From positions 3,224,001 through 3,288,000 of the forward strand of contig CM120645.1 in assembly GCA_051362555.1 (NCBI GenBank): a stretch of DNA of 64,000 nt. The letters run 5' to 3'. Positions within the stretch are counted from its first letter, which is position 1. Each line of letters begins with the position of its first letter. Under the pieces are notes generated by a model. That model saw nothing but the letters and a program-made list of their open reading frames with translations, ran no database searches and was not told the origin of the DNA. The position numbers and the translations under genes are program-made. Positions 1 through 14,600 of the stretch are shown piece after piece. The stretch is from Lingula anatina. Lineage: Eukaryota > Animalia > Brachiopoda.

Positions 1-28
1 CATTTTAAACTTAATTATTCCTTTTCAG

Positions 29-2750
29 ATCTCATAACTCAAGCCATCCCAGATAATCTCCAAATGCAAAGATACTCAGTAGCTACTGCACTGCCACCTA
101 TAAAATTTAATATTATAAAATGTGATCATGTGATCATCACATGATCAGTTGTCATGACAAGCTGTTTCTATAACAACAAGCATCAAAGCACAGGATTATT
201 TTTAAAAGTAGAAGAGGGGCATTTTTCATCACATAAGCTGTGATCAAACTATTTGGATTAAATTTTCTTAGATCTTGTGATCTTCTTCTTTACTTGTTTA
301 GAGTCCATAAAGAAATTTTTGGGAAAAAAAGGTCAGTATATTCTGATAAGCAACAACCTATGCTAGACAGGGTATTTAAGGTAAAATACGTATTTTGTTA
401 AATTTTATTTTAGATAACATTTCTGACCTAGTTTTAATGTCATAAACAAGAATTTTATCTGGTTCTGCATCAAAATGAATGAAAATACATGTAATATATG
501 TAGACACCTAACAACATAAACACTGCTTTAAATTTAATGTTGAAAACTTATTTTGCTCCAGCAAAAGAAGCCAATGAGAAATATATTCATGTTATACATG
601 TAGATTCAACTGTACTTAAGTTAGGAGGTTAATACTACTTAATACTGATTTGTTTGAACTGAAGATAAAAATGTCTTCCCAATATAACTGAAGATGCAAA
701 CTGACTCTTGTAAAGTTTATTATACACTTAACATGTGAACATTGTACTGGATACAAATCCTACAGCATTAGGCTGCTACATACCATAGCCCTCATTGTAA
801 ATACAACATTGTGGCCATTTCTAATGGCGCAGTCATAACTGTTTGTATATTAGCTTTTATTTATTTTATCAGGTTATTCCTGATTGTACATTTTGTATTT
901 GTATTTGTAAAATTTTATATTACATTTTTATAGAAAAATATGAGATACTAAACAAAAGAAAGCCAGCCAAAAACTGCCATTGTCAGGGGGATCAAGTTTT
1001 GTTGAAGTCAATACACTCTTACTTGTACATAATTTATCAACTTTATTCTATACTGTAATGTTATTGAGATTTTTATTGTGTAGTTGTTTATGTAAATCTA
1101 CGTGTATAGGCCGTGATGAAGTGTGGGTATTATTTTTATTATAATACCAAGTTTAACGTAGTTGTTATAACCGAAGTTTTTGTCTTTACTGACTTGTGTA
1201 TATGTCGGTCGAGCGTGATGTTTCATGTTGCATGTTTAGATGTAGCCAACCAGATAATATTACTAATATATGGCTTATTGAAATATGTTCATTTTTAGCT
1301 AACTACAGAATTATTGTAGATTTTTCCAAGTTTTTATGCAAAAAATAACAATTTGTTGTATACATTTTTTATTAATTTTTTAGTATAGATATCATGAGGT
1401 ACAATTAAGGTTTACCTTTGATAATGTTAATGAGCGAGTAAAAAATTATAAATGCATGTAAACCGGAGAAATATGTATATTTTACATGACATTATGTATA
1501 CACGATTAAATTTTAATAGATAAACAGCTTTTAGTCCTATGGAATCAAAATTTAGTTAAAAAATAACATATGAAACATTTTTTACCATTTGGGAGCAATA
1601 ATTGCCTCTTTTGGTGTAGTTTTTAATTTTGACAAGGATCTATTTTATGATAAAAAGCATGTTGCACAGTATGGTCTGAAGTACTTACATAATTAGTACT
1701 TATTATTCTCTTGTTTTATTACTGTTGACAAAGTTTGATTTGAATTGAGTATGATTTTACTAATAAAGACTTGCAAAAACAAAGAGAAGTACCCATTTCA
1801 TGCTCGCACTACAAACTGCAGAAACATTTAGCATTTGAACGTCCTTTCATATTGTAATGATCTTGAGCCTTACCAGTTTAGTAGATTTATGGAAATACTT
1901 TTAAAAATTATTTAGACAATTAGATCATCGTTATTTAGAAGGCATTAGTAAGTGGAGGGGTCTATGGATTCAATTTTTTCTGAAGATTTTCTAGTAGTGG
2001 TTTTAAGGTCTTATTTAAAATGAGTACATCCAGAGACCAAGTCAAAGTGTTGGGACCAAAGACTTTTGATTTCACCTACCCTGAATCCCGTTTCACAAAA
2101 ATGGCCCAAATTTAGAGATAAAATTTCTAGTCTACTTTTAAGTCCTAAATAGTGAAGTTGTAAATTGTAATATTCCGTCTGTTTCAGAACAAGACTTGTA
2201 TTACTGTGGATTTATTCTGCATTGTAGAAAAGTAAAATCTGGTCTTTAACTTCAGACTATTTTTATAACTCAAGTTTTTTTTTTTTTTTGAAAAACCGGC
2301 CAATGGCACAGTGTATTCCAAACTCCAGTAATTTTGAGGAATTACTTCACATTTTGATAAGGAAACATGAAATTGCAGTCAAAGTATTTCGTGTGCTATA
2401 TGTTGCATTGGGTGTGCTTGTAAGTTTTGTCAGGTTTTCTACAGCTAGAACTAAGTTCAAATCCAGCCAATTCTAACAAGAGACATGTAATGTACTTTTA
2501 TTTAAAGAACTGGCATTTATAGATAAAGGACACTTTGGCATGGAATCAATATAGGCTATTTTGTGGGAAAAATGTGCCGAGAATGTATGCATACAAGTAA
2601 ATGTAGTTTTGATTAATGACTGTATGTCGTCTTTAACACAAAATGTCAGATTGTTATAAAATGTAATATTTAGTAGGTCATTTCACTGGGCACTTTGTGC
2701 AATTTAACACTGAAATGCTCTTGAATAAACTTTTTTTACGAAAGGGTGTC
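29..2750 (+). other. Possible terminal exon and long 3' UTR of an upstream plus-strand gene
   Basis: Acceptor-like ccttttcag ends at 28, followed by T-rich non-coding sequence and AATAAA at about 2724, converging on the PMPCB 3' end. Identity cannot be determined. Confidence 0.3.
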
Positions 2751-3264
2751 TCCTTACTTATTTCAAAGAAAATTAATTTCAATATTTACGTGCCAGAGCA
2801 GGTGTGTATGAAGCAATCTCTTAGGTAAAATAACGCCAAAAATTATGTATTTGAAGATTAACAGGGGTCTAAAATCTTATTTATTTACAGTACATATTTG
2901 ACTTCAAGAAGTAAACTGGGCCATTTAATAATATTTTGGAAACTTCCCTCTCAGCCCCTTATCAAAATACCATAATCCTTTGCCGTTTAGTCCTCGATCA
3001 AATAATCTGAGCATGACACACTTTAAATATTTATATAATATTTGTTTTATTTTCTGATTTCAAACTGCAATCAAATGTCACTAAGTTTCCGGTGCATACT
3101 TCAAAGTGATGATATCTATCTTTAAGACAACAGAGACATATGCAACTCAGTCCTTGTTTTCAACATTTTTCCAAACTGTGGCTATGTACATTCAAATTGT
3201 TCACTTCTTTTTTTCCCTCCTTTTCAATCACCTACAGATAAATATTAGCTAGTCTACCAAGGGG

Positions 3265-6200
3265 TTAAATTCGTAGCTGCCACATGCCACTGCGGATTCT
3301 GTTGTATTCGAAAAAATCGATTAATGGACCTGGAATGAAGAAAGAGAGAGTGACTATGTTACATTGGGTTAAATAAATCAAAGTGTGTATATTGGAAGAA
3401 TAGCATGGAAACTGGCTGTTAGTATTCAAGTCTCATGATCGCTGTTTACATATTAACTGAAACTGGAAATGGAGGAAGGTCAATGGCGAAAACTTTTATC
3501 ATCAAACTGAACCAGGCTTTTCTTTCTTCAAACTGTGAAAGTACACACGTGAGAGAGTAGTAAAAAAAAAAAATAGATTGCTCCACATCTATTTAAGTCA
3601 ACAGTATCCACCAGGAAACTTTTGTCCATCCAAGAAAGCCAATGAACACGTCTAGTAGTTAAAGCTCTTACAACATACAACACAATATACACCATATCAG
3701 GAGTCTTAAGTGACTTTTCAATTAACAACTTCAAAAGATGAATTATCCAGAGCTGAAAATTTCTATGTCATGTGTACAGATTAGTGATATACTTACCAAC
3801 TGCGGCCACTGCCACATCTTTATCATAGACGTAAGTATTCATCACCTTCATTAGGGAGTTGGGGGTAATTCTCTGGAAAGGGAAGTGAATTAAGTGTGTT
3901 ATATATTGTTATCATTGTATACATTCCACGGATGGTGGGGTACTTTTCTGAAAAAAGTAGGAGAATTCAGTGTTTTATATATCGTACACATTTCTTTGGA
4001 GACTAAAATGTGTTATGAATAAATATATGTAATAGATAGACCCTCGAGTCAGCGAGGGTTATGTGGCATACACGAGTGCATAGCACGAGTGGATGTCACA
4101 TAACCCTTGCTGACGACCCCTATTTAGACCACGGGTCCATTAACGGGTTATAATGCATTCATGCATGACGTGCAGTTATGCTAGTTACACCACGTCCAAG
4201 TCTTTTGTTCTTCACTTCTACAGTGGTCTAAACATATATATATATATATATTATTGCATATATAATATGGTTATGGTTATGGAAATGTTATATGCTATAT
4301 AATATATATTATTGCATACCCTCCAGAGACTTGGGGGTGGGGGTTATTTTCTTGAAGAGGGGAGACCATTTCATACACTTGGGCACCGATTATCTGAATG
4401 AGGGAAGACAATCCACTGACAACTGTGTTAACATATTTTAAGACTTGGGAGGGGAGGGAGGAGGGGGGGGGGTAGCTGAAAACGGAGATGTGATTGAGGC
4501 AGAAATGTTAACTGAAGAGTTCACAAAATATGACAACAGTACAAAGAGCACTATATGCAGACTATGAACCATGGTGCCATCACTTACATTGATACGCTCC
4601 ACCATTTCATACATAGGAATGCGGTGTCCATAGGTCAGAGTTTGCCTGGAATTATGACAAGACCAGCAATTAAAATGCATAAATAAATAGTTAAATAAAC
4701 AAATAAATCTCAGGTAGGGCTACAGATTATAACATATGTAAAAGGTGACTATATCAAAACAAGTTTTTGGGTTGGGAAGCTTATGTCCATTCTCAAACCT
4801 GTCTGTCTGTCATCCTCAAAGATGGTGGGCCATCCATTAAAAAATTGCGCTTGTGTATGTCTTCACTGGTGTAAGAAGTTCCATGCAATTCTGAGCATTA
4901 CCCAAACCTGCCATTGTTCTCACAGATGTTGGTGGTGTCATCCATCACTGTGCATTACCCAAACCTACCGGCCAATGTCCTCATAGATGTTGGTGGTGTC
5001 ATCCATCACTGTTTATTACCCAAACCTACCTGCCGATGTCCTCACAGATGTTGGTGGTGTCATCCATCACTGTTTAGTAACCAAACCTACCTGCCATTGT
5101 CCTCACAGATGTTGGTGGTGTCATCCATCACTGTTTATTACCCAAACCTACCTGCCGATGTCCTCACAGATGTTGGTGGTGTCATCCATCACTGTTTATT
5201 ACCCAAACCTACCTGCCGATGTCCTCACAGATGTTGGTGGTGTCATCCATCACTGTTTATTACCCAAACCTACCTGCCGATGTCCTCACAGATGTTGGTG
5301 GTGTCATCCATCACTGTTTATTAACCAAACCTACCTGCCGATGTCCTCACAGATGTTGGTGGTGTCATCCAACACTGTTTATTACCCAAACCTACCTGCC
5401 ATTGTCCTCACAGATGTTGGTGGTGTCATCCATCACTGTGCATTACCCAAACCTACCTGCCGATGTCCTCACAGATGTTGGTGGTGTCATCCAACACTTT
5501 ATTAACCAAACCTACCTGCCGATGTCCTCACAGATGTTGGTAGTGTCATCCATCACTGTTTATTACCCAAACCTACCTGCCGATGTCCTCACAGATGTTG
5601 GTGGTGTCAACCAACACTGTTTATTAACCAAACCTACCTGCCAATGTCCTCACAGATGTTGGTGGTGTCAACCAACACTGTTTATTAACCAAACCTACCT
5701 GCCGATGTCCTCACAGATGTTGGTGGTGTCATCCAACACTGTTTATTACCCAAACCTACCTGCCGATGTCCTCACAGATGTTGGTGGTGTCATCCAACAC
5801 TGTTTATTACCCAAACCTACCTGCCGATGTCCTCACAGATGTTGGTGGTGTCATCCAACACTGTTTATTACCCAAACCTACCTGCCGATGTCCTCACAGA
5901 TGTTGGTGGTGTCATCCAACACTGTTTATTACCCAAACCTACCTGCCGATGTCCTCACAGATGTTGGTAGTGTCATCCAACACTGTTTATTAACCAAACC
6001 TACCTGCCGATGTCCTCACAGATGTTGGTGGTGCCATCCATCACTGTTTATTAACCAAACCTACCTGCCGATGTCCTCACAGATGTTGGTGGTGTCATCC
6101 ATCACTGTTTATTAACCAAACCTACCTGCCGATGTCCTCACAGATGTTGGTGGTGTCATCCATCACTGTTTATTAACCAAACCTACCTGCCGATGTCCTC

Positions 6201-8616
6201 ACAGATGTTGGTGGTGTCATCCAACACTGTTTATTACCCAAACCTACCTGCCGATGTCCTCACAGATGTTGGTGGTGCCATCCAAACCAAGCATCAGGCT
6301 AGTCTTCAAGAGGTTCTTGGCACGATTCACCTCGTATTCGGTCAGGTTTTTGCACATGTGCATCCTGTGGGTAAACATTGTAAACATTGGAGTTACACAT
6401 GGTGTAATTAACAAAACAGCTCTAAACAAAATCCAAATCATTGTTAAGACCCAGCCTTACAGAAATAAGGGTTGGAAAATAAGTCCGACAGATAAAAGAT
6501 ATATTTTTATTTTATTTTCATTTCATATATATTTATTTCCCTAAGGAAAAAACATGAAGGGTCTCAGAGGAAATTCAGCAATTGTACTGAAAATTTTGTC
6601 AAATGCCTGAAAATAAAATCTAAGCATTCCAAGACTTTGCATTTTACAACTTCTTTGAAATTCATACACTTAATTTCTAGTATCTTACACATCTTTAAAA
6701 ATTGCATGAAAATATATATAAATATATAAAGAAAGTCACATACCACTGCGCTTGGAACTGATCTACCATGTCATAAACTTTTTCCGCTTCACTCACATAA
6801 TAGATGCCCCTGAAACCACAGAACAGAAATATTTAAGCAAATATAACAATTAACAAGAAGTATGACAAAAAAAAAACAACTTTTCTATCAAGAATTTACC
6901 TGACAGAGTCACAAAGTTTCCAGCATAAACACCATCATAAACAATTATTTTGACAGTATTTGAGCAAAATATTAACCAGGCCTCAATGCTGAAAAACATA
7001 CAGACAAAAAAATATACATGCATACGGAGGCTGAGTAAAAGAGCAGACTACAAAGACAAAAACGAAAATTCTTATTAACTCTGTGAAGTAACATGCTTCC
7101 TCTCAAAATTAACCTTTATTCCATGGGCAAAATTTCCAACAAAAAAACCTACTGATAACTATGTAGACCAACTGTGTGACTTTTGTAACATGTTGTATAG
7201 AATGAAATTACATCCTTTCTGACAAAAACTTACCAAAGCCCAGTGTCCTTGTACAATGTATTAAAGGACATGAAACTGTTGCAGAGCCCCAATTCGACAC
7301 ATTTAGCAATAAGTCCGCCCTGATGTTTTCCGGCCGCCTTGGACCTATCCCATGCTCCCACCATCATGCTGGCCACCTGGAGGGGGATGGTGTCCGCGTG
7401 CTTCCAGCCTGGCGTCTCCACCGCTATGGCCACATAGGCTAGGGGCATGTAGTCATCACGCTCACGTGTCTGGGAGAAGGGAGGGAAAGGAAAAGAAAAT
7501 GAACATACATAAACAAGGTATCAGGACAATTCCCCCAGGACAATCCACCCCTTCAACCTCCCCCTCCCCCGACGATTCTGCCTGGAGAATATATATTTAT
7601 ATACAAATGCAAAGTAAAGAGTATAAAGTTGAAATCTTTTCTAATCCATATTATGAATATATTTCTTAATGTACTTTTAATTGCATCAACCCCACCTTGA
7701 TCATGTTGCCCACCTTGAATCAAGGTGCATCTCTAGGGAGAGGTGGGGTAAACAGATTTTCTTACTTATCCAGGTATCCCTTTGATTATCTGTCACTTTT
7801 AATTGTTTTACCACTACCCACTCACCCACTACACTAAAATATTCATAAAGTATCTGTTTATCTGCTCATCTCTTTATCCCACCTTTACCTGGAGGATAGG
7901 TGGTTATACTTTGATTAGGTATTTAATAAAACTTTCTGTGCTTGTACTCAATGAAAAAGGGATTTTTTATTTAAAAATTTGTTTAAAAATAAAAAATGGA
8001 TTAAATGTTTTGAACTTAACAGTCTTTACTTTATATTCATATATAAATATATATTCCTTTGGGGGAACTGTTGGGGGGGGGGGGGAATTGCCCTAAAATC
8101 ATAAAATAATGTATAGACGTGTTAACATGATGGCTTTAACCCTGCTTATACATTTCAGAAGAAAAAAAGGTATTGTGCTGGTTGTTAGTGTGTTGGCAAG
8201 CTTTTTTGCACACAGATCTTGAGAACAAAATATCTTGCAACAGATCTGGAGTGAAAAGAAAATCTTGCCACAGACTTGGAGTGATGGGAATCTTGCCACA
8301 AATCTGGCAAAAAAATCTAACATAGCTAAAATAGTACAATTTTCATATAATTAAATTCAAGAAAATAATTGGTAAATTTAAAATAAGGGAAATCACATTA
8401 ACTACCATACAACCTGTTACTTTAATTAGAAAATAACAAGGATCTACATCAAAAGGAAATGCCACTCACATCAGCGCCTGTGAACTTGCATTTTGCTGGT
8501 GTGAAGTCTTCTTTAGTTTCTGGCATATCACCAAAATATTTCTCAGCAAGCTTAACCAGTTTATCATGATCCACACCTAGAAGGATAATGAGAGAAAAAT
8601 CTGAAATGCATCTCGT

Positions 8617-8649
<33 letters not shown>

Positions 8650-11600
8650 TGGTAATTCAAACAAAGCAGGTTCTAAGGTGATATAAAGAGAAAAACATTA
8701 AACATACATTTGGTAAAAAAATTAATAAAGCAGAAAAAGCAGCTTCTGGTCTTTAACGTGCAAAGCCTCTGGTAAAAAGTATCCCTTCTTTTTAAGATCA
8801 TATCATCTCTTACCTCCTGCTGCTGCTAGCACCATTCTGGGAGCTACATAATGGGTATCTACATACTGCTTCAGATCTGCTCGCCTGATTGACCTTGAAA
8901 AAAAGATCAACAAGAAATTAAAAAAAAAAAAAGAAAAAAAAAAAAAAACTGAAATAACCATTAATTTATCACACAAAATCTAATACTTAACAGACAGACC
9001 CTAATTTCCTGTCTTTGGATAGATGCTCAAGGGCAACAGTACCAAAAATAATAAAATTTCTAGATTACAATTAATACAATTCATTGTCTAAAGAAATAGT
9101 CTCAGGGCCAAGAAAAATATTAATTTCTCTGTATTTGGTCAAACTGAAACAAATGAACAACAATAAGCTTCAACATGAAGATCACAGACTCACACACACC
9201 ATCATATTAAATTTCTTGAAAAAAAAAAAGGTTTTGAAAGTAAAAACAAATAATTTTCTTTAAAATCTCACTTGATGTTGTCCTCAGGCCCCAGGATGGT
9301 CATCCCCAGGGGAGTGTTTTGATAGGCAGTCATGTGGAGGTAGTCAAACACCACCTCCTGCAGGTTGGTCTCCACTTCCTGCATTTCTCGCAAAATCACG
9401 CTGCGTTCCTGCTCTATGTCCTCCTCGTTCAGGTTACTGTTACGAACAATGTCTGCGAGGATCTCTACCCCTGAAAAAATACAATAACAAGTGTCCACAG
9501 CAAGCGCTACTGATTCCGAAAAAAAATACAATAACAAGTGTCCACAGCAAGCGCTACTGATTCCGAAAAAAAATACAATAACAAGTGTCCACAGCAAGCG
9601 CTACTGATTCCAAAAAAAATACAATAACAAGTGTCCACAGCAAGCGCTACTGATTCCGAAAAAAATACAATAACAAGTGTCCACAGCATGGGCTACTGGT
9701 TAGCCTGTGAACTGTTTTTATTGCAATGCTTGAGCAGAGCATTTGAATAGAACTTCTATCAAATGGTGATTCCATCTTTGAGAGTGTTTCTTAGCAACTC
9801 TCAGGTGAAGACAAAGAGTCCAACATATCAAAATGATTCTACAGGTTAACAACATCCCAGACATTATGATTTGTAAAATTTGTCAAACAATGGGTCTGCA
9901 ACCAAGGATCACCCAAAGCAAAGCAAAAAAAACTCCAAACCTTTTTCTATGTCCTGAGAGAATATCTTAGCGTGATACACAGTGGTTTCTCTAGAAGTGT
10001 AGGCGTTTAAATGGGCACCCATGTTCTCCACCTCCAGCTCCAGCTGAGTTTTTGTTCTGCTTCCAGTGCCCTAAAAGTTCATCAACATATGTATATAGAA
10101 GCATGAAATTTGTATGATACATATATATGTACACCAAACAGTAAGCCATTCATATGAAAACATGCCACATGATCAACTTTAAAAATTAAAATATCCCAAA
10201 TATTACATCATGTTACAAGACAGCACTATGTCAAGCAGCTGTCAAGTGTATAGATATATAAATGACAAAACTGCCTAAAACAGTTTCAACAAAACCATTC
10301 TAATGTGGTGACTCAATACTTAAATGATGAAAGAGCACAAAATAAATCAATATTAATATCTTTTGTCAAAATGATCCCATCATGCAAGAACCTGGCTCTT
10401 TACAAAAATAATAATAATAATAATAATAAAAATAAAGGAAGAAAGAAAGAAAAACAAATCAGTTAATATAAACTGATTTTAAAACAAAAATTTGGTTTGT
10501 CAGGGTAAACAACAGACTTTCCCAACATTGACGGGAACAACGCGGGCAGACAGTGTTCTAAACACACACGGAAACAATGTCAGAATGTAAAATTAATTTT
10601 AGCTGAGCAATTTAGAACTGAGAAAGCTTTGACTCTTAAATAACAACTAACATGAACTGTAGCATGAAACTTCTGCACCTTATAATTGTTCACCAAATGA
10701 ATTGATGGAAAAGTTCTTTTGAAATGAAAACTTTTGGCAGTAATTATTCTAGATCAATATTAAATTACAATTCAGGGATCCCAATTACAAACAGCAAAGT
10801 TGTACTGCATCGTATCGGCACAACTTTAGGCCAGACACAAGGAATTAATTAATTACAGTCCCAACACACTCAATGTCTTACTGGTACCTAAACGCCCCTC
10901 TTAAAAGTACAGTCTGGTTCTTATAAACTACACTCCCCTGCATCTCAGTGTGGTTTACTACAGATGACAATATGCTTGGGATATCTCATGGTTCTGATTC
11001 CGCCTGGAAAGCGTAAAGCCACCTGAGGTGGTAAATGCTAGCATATAAACAATAGCCTCCAATGTCAGGTGGGGTACTTCATGGGCGTAACTAGGCATAT
11101 GCACGGATGGACTGTGCGTACAATTTTTTGAGCCAATCATGATATTATTCTCTATAAATTTAGTGTATTTTTCACGAAAAATAATCGAAAATCCTCTTCG
11201 ATTGCAAGTAAGAGTCACCTGAATGTACAAATCTTCTGTATGAATCGTATACGCACCACTGTTCTGACGCCCCCCGTCTCGTTTGCTTTCACAGAACTGA
11301 GGTAAATAAACAATACTAGCTACCTCCAGAAGTCCTATCTTAATCGTCCATCTAGCTGGAACTTCCTTTGCCTCTTAATTGGAGGTTTGAATGCCCTTCA
11401 ACTCTCAGGTAGCCTTTATATTAAGTGTGTCGAATACACACTCGCTGGCGAGATTTATCTCAGATAAAAATCTACCTGTGTTATTTTCAAAGAGCAGTTC
11501 CAGCAGACCTGGGGACACTAGATAAAATCTGGACAACGGGCTTTATAAGGAGCCAGAGAAACAAAAAAATATTTCTTGCAAAGCTCTAAAGAATTTTGAC

Positions 11601-14600
11601 ACGGACTTGACCCAGCTTAACCCTAAACTAACAGGGTGATATGGGTAATTTTCACAAACAAACAGAGCTTTATCCTGTAATATAATTGGTTGATTTTGGA
11701 TAATACCATATATAAGTTCAACTTTTAGAAGATTCATCATTAAGCTGACCATGGATATGACGAATAGGATAGCAAGAAGGTGCAAGAATCCTACAACGAT
11801 CAACTGTTCTTAAGATTATTTTCTGACAACTCAGGATAACCGCAACAAACCACATCGAACAAAGGTGCCTCACCGTTATTTAGAATTTGGCTTGATACAA
11901 GCGGGCATAATTTGCATATGTTTTCAAAGTTTGTCAGTAAGCCCCTAGTTCAATAAATATACCATTCTAAGCAAGGCTTTTTTCAGCGAGCCCTCCAGCT
12001 GCCAATTGAACGGCCGCTGTCATCACTGGACGGCCTATGTTTTCAAATTTAGAAGGCTGGATGGCTTACGATTAAAAAAGTCTTGACTTGTCGGGGCAGC
12101 TGTGGACGTCGTATGAAAATCCATTGCAGTAATTTGACGTATGAATATTATACTACTTTGTAGTGCACGCTGTTTTTCAGTCACGACGTAACTACTACCT
12201 AAAGCTTACAAAACACAATAAAATGTTTCCATTAACTTTAAAATATATAATGCAGAAGTGACAAGAATGATCTACATTCGGTACAAAACACGTGTAGGCC
12301 CTAAATGAAATATGACCTAACTTGCCGCCAAATTATGAAAGGGGACACCTTTCGGATCTTTATACGTATGGCACCTGACAAAGCTAAAACATAAGAAAGG
12401 CAATTTTTATATCTTTGGCGAGAGATTGTTCGCAATCCGAAAGAGACGAGAAGGCAATTTTCATATTTGTTCAAGATACTTCGTTAACCGAGGATCGGGA
12501 ACAAGAGATAGTTACCGACCGCAGCGAGATGAGAAGCCAATTTTCGTATCTTCAGCAGGAGATCGAGCGTGATCTGAGCGAAAAGAGAAAGCAATTTTCA
12601 CATTCGTTCAATGGACTTCGTTCGCAGAAGATCGTCAGCCAGAGATCGTTCGCGATCCGAGCGAGACGAGAAGGCAATTTTTATATTCATACAAAGGCGT
12701 TCTTTCGTGGAAGAGTGTGACAGGAGATCGGTATCAATTATTTTAACCCTCTTTCCCAATGAGATTTATTATTAAAAAAAGATTCCATTAATTTTTACCC
12801 CACCCCCACCCCCGCTCACGGCTTTTGGAAAAGTTTGAGGCCCTGAAATTTTGAAGTAAGATACAGATGGCAATTATGTATGGCCTGTACCCCAATCCCG
12901 GAAAAAGCGTTGGTTCTTGGTGAAATAATTTATTGGAACTTAATTATATTGAGGGAATATTTAAAACTTTAAACGGTGAAAACTAAGCTATTATATTTGG
13001 CACATATAATTTAAACTGCCCTTCATCTTTTGCGTAAGTCGATCTACATTTAGCTATACCTGGGAATTTTAAAATTCTGTGCGTACAATTTTAAAAGGTC
13101 TGGTTACGCCCCTGTACTTTACCTCGGATTCAACCCTTGATTGCTGGGGAGATTGCAGGGTACCTTTGAGGAAGGACTTGTTTCTCCCCCAGACAGGCTG
13201 TAACAAACCTGCTGTTGAGGTGGAAAACTCTAACCAAAAGCCATCTACTTTCTTCCCCTGTTATCTTTCATCAATTACATCAAATTCATCATCTTTGTCA
13301 ATTTTTTAAATAAAAAAATTCTTCAAGTTAGAATATTTCTTTGGGGAGGTACATGTTGCAACAAAACTAAAATGGATGTTATCTAATAGTTTATATTTTA
13401 CAGGAAAATCACCACAAATGCTTCAAAGAAATATGTTTCCAATGAATACCAAAATTATGTATCTGAAAGACTGATGTATTTCCCTATTGAAAAGATTGAG
13501 TCATTACCCGAGTAGTAGTATGATTACACATTTTACTTTCATGATATGCACCCTTTTCACAATCAGGTGTACCATTTTGAATCAAGGCACGTTGCATCTT
13601 ATTAATAAATCTACTCCTTAAGTTGCAACTATGTATGGTATTTCTCTCAATGCAGATTTTAAAAGTGTACGTGGGTCTGAAAACAAGATCAAGATATCTC
13701 AAACCAGAAAAATTAAATTTTTCTTGGCATTTTTCATCACATTAGACTGGTAGCTCTCTCAAAATTACTCCGTTTGGTAAAAAATTCCAATATGACCACC
13801 AATTTATGAGATTCTCTGGAAATATACATACAGTATCTACATCACTTGTTATCATATCAAGTTCGTTGCTCAGGGTTTTTCACATCATAAATGGCAAGGA
13901 ACAAACTTTTTTTAACCCGTTTTCAAAAGAATACAAATGACCACATTACTCGTTATTAAGGTGTGCGTCAGTACGCTCTTCGAAGTGTCAGACGCAACAC
14001 TGCTCTTGCCTTGTATGCAATGTGATAGTGATGATTCTCAGCAGGGTTGGAAAGTAGTGCATCTCATCTCAAAATTTGTACAGAGGTATGATACGTGAAA
14101 TGTGTACTGATGCACACCTTGAAACAGGTAGTGTGGTCCAATATACCAGCGACTTTGGGATCCTTTGGTGCCGAGTCTGGTAGTTGGGGAGACTGTTAGT
14201 CAGAAAACCGATAAGAAAAAATTGGTGAGGATGGAACCATAAGGAATCGGTCAGCTTTCACAAAGTTTTTTAACTTAGCAATCATGTGGTTTGCAAATTT
14301 TCACATTTCTGGTGGTTTAAGGTTATTTCAATGCTCTGCAAATACTTTGCAAAAAGTAGACCTCAGATGATTATGGTCAATCCATTCCTAACTGCAAAAA
14401 TCCTGACTTAGCCAGTGATGTAAAAAGGTTAATAACTATCAAAGCGTCATTAAATAAGTTCTTTTTTTTTTCACTTAAAGTTCAAATTGGTTTTGGGGCA
14501 TCAAATTACTAGACTAATATTGTAATTTTGGTCAAAGCCACTGCCAGTGGTTGAAAAATTACTATTATTATAATAATTATTATTATTATTTTGAAAAGGC

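Noticed and set aside
843-2476. Short ORFs in the first 2.5 kb and similar 60-100 aa ORFs throughout introns
   Set aside because: Low-complexity AT-rich translations with no motifs or consistent splice structure.
4783-6411. Long Cys/His-rich plus-strand ORFs (up to 298 aa) and a superficially CRISPR-like periodicity
   Set aside because: These are antisense translations of the 61-bp minisatellite; the same peptide appears in all three frames. There are no unique spacers or cas genes, and the context is eukaryotic.
12415-12720. 101-aa charged ORF
   Set aside because: It coincides with the motif array inside a non-autonomous transposon, has a non-ATG start and shows no recognisable domain.
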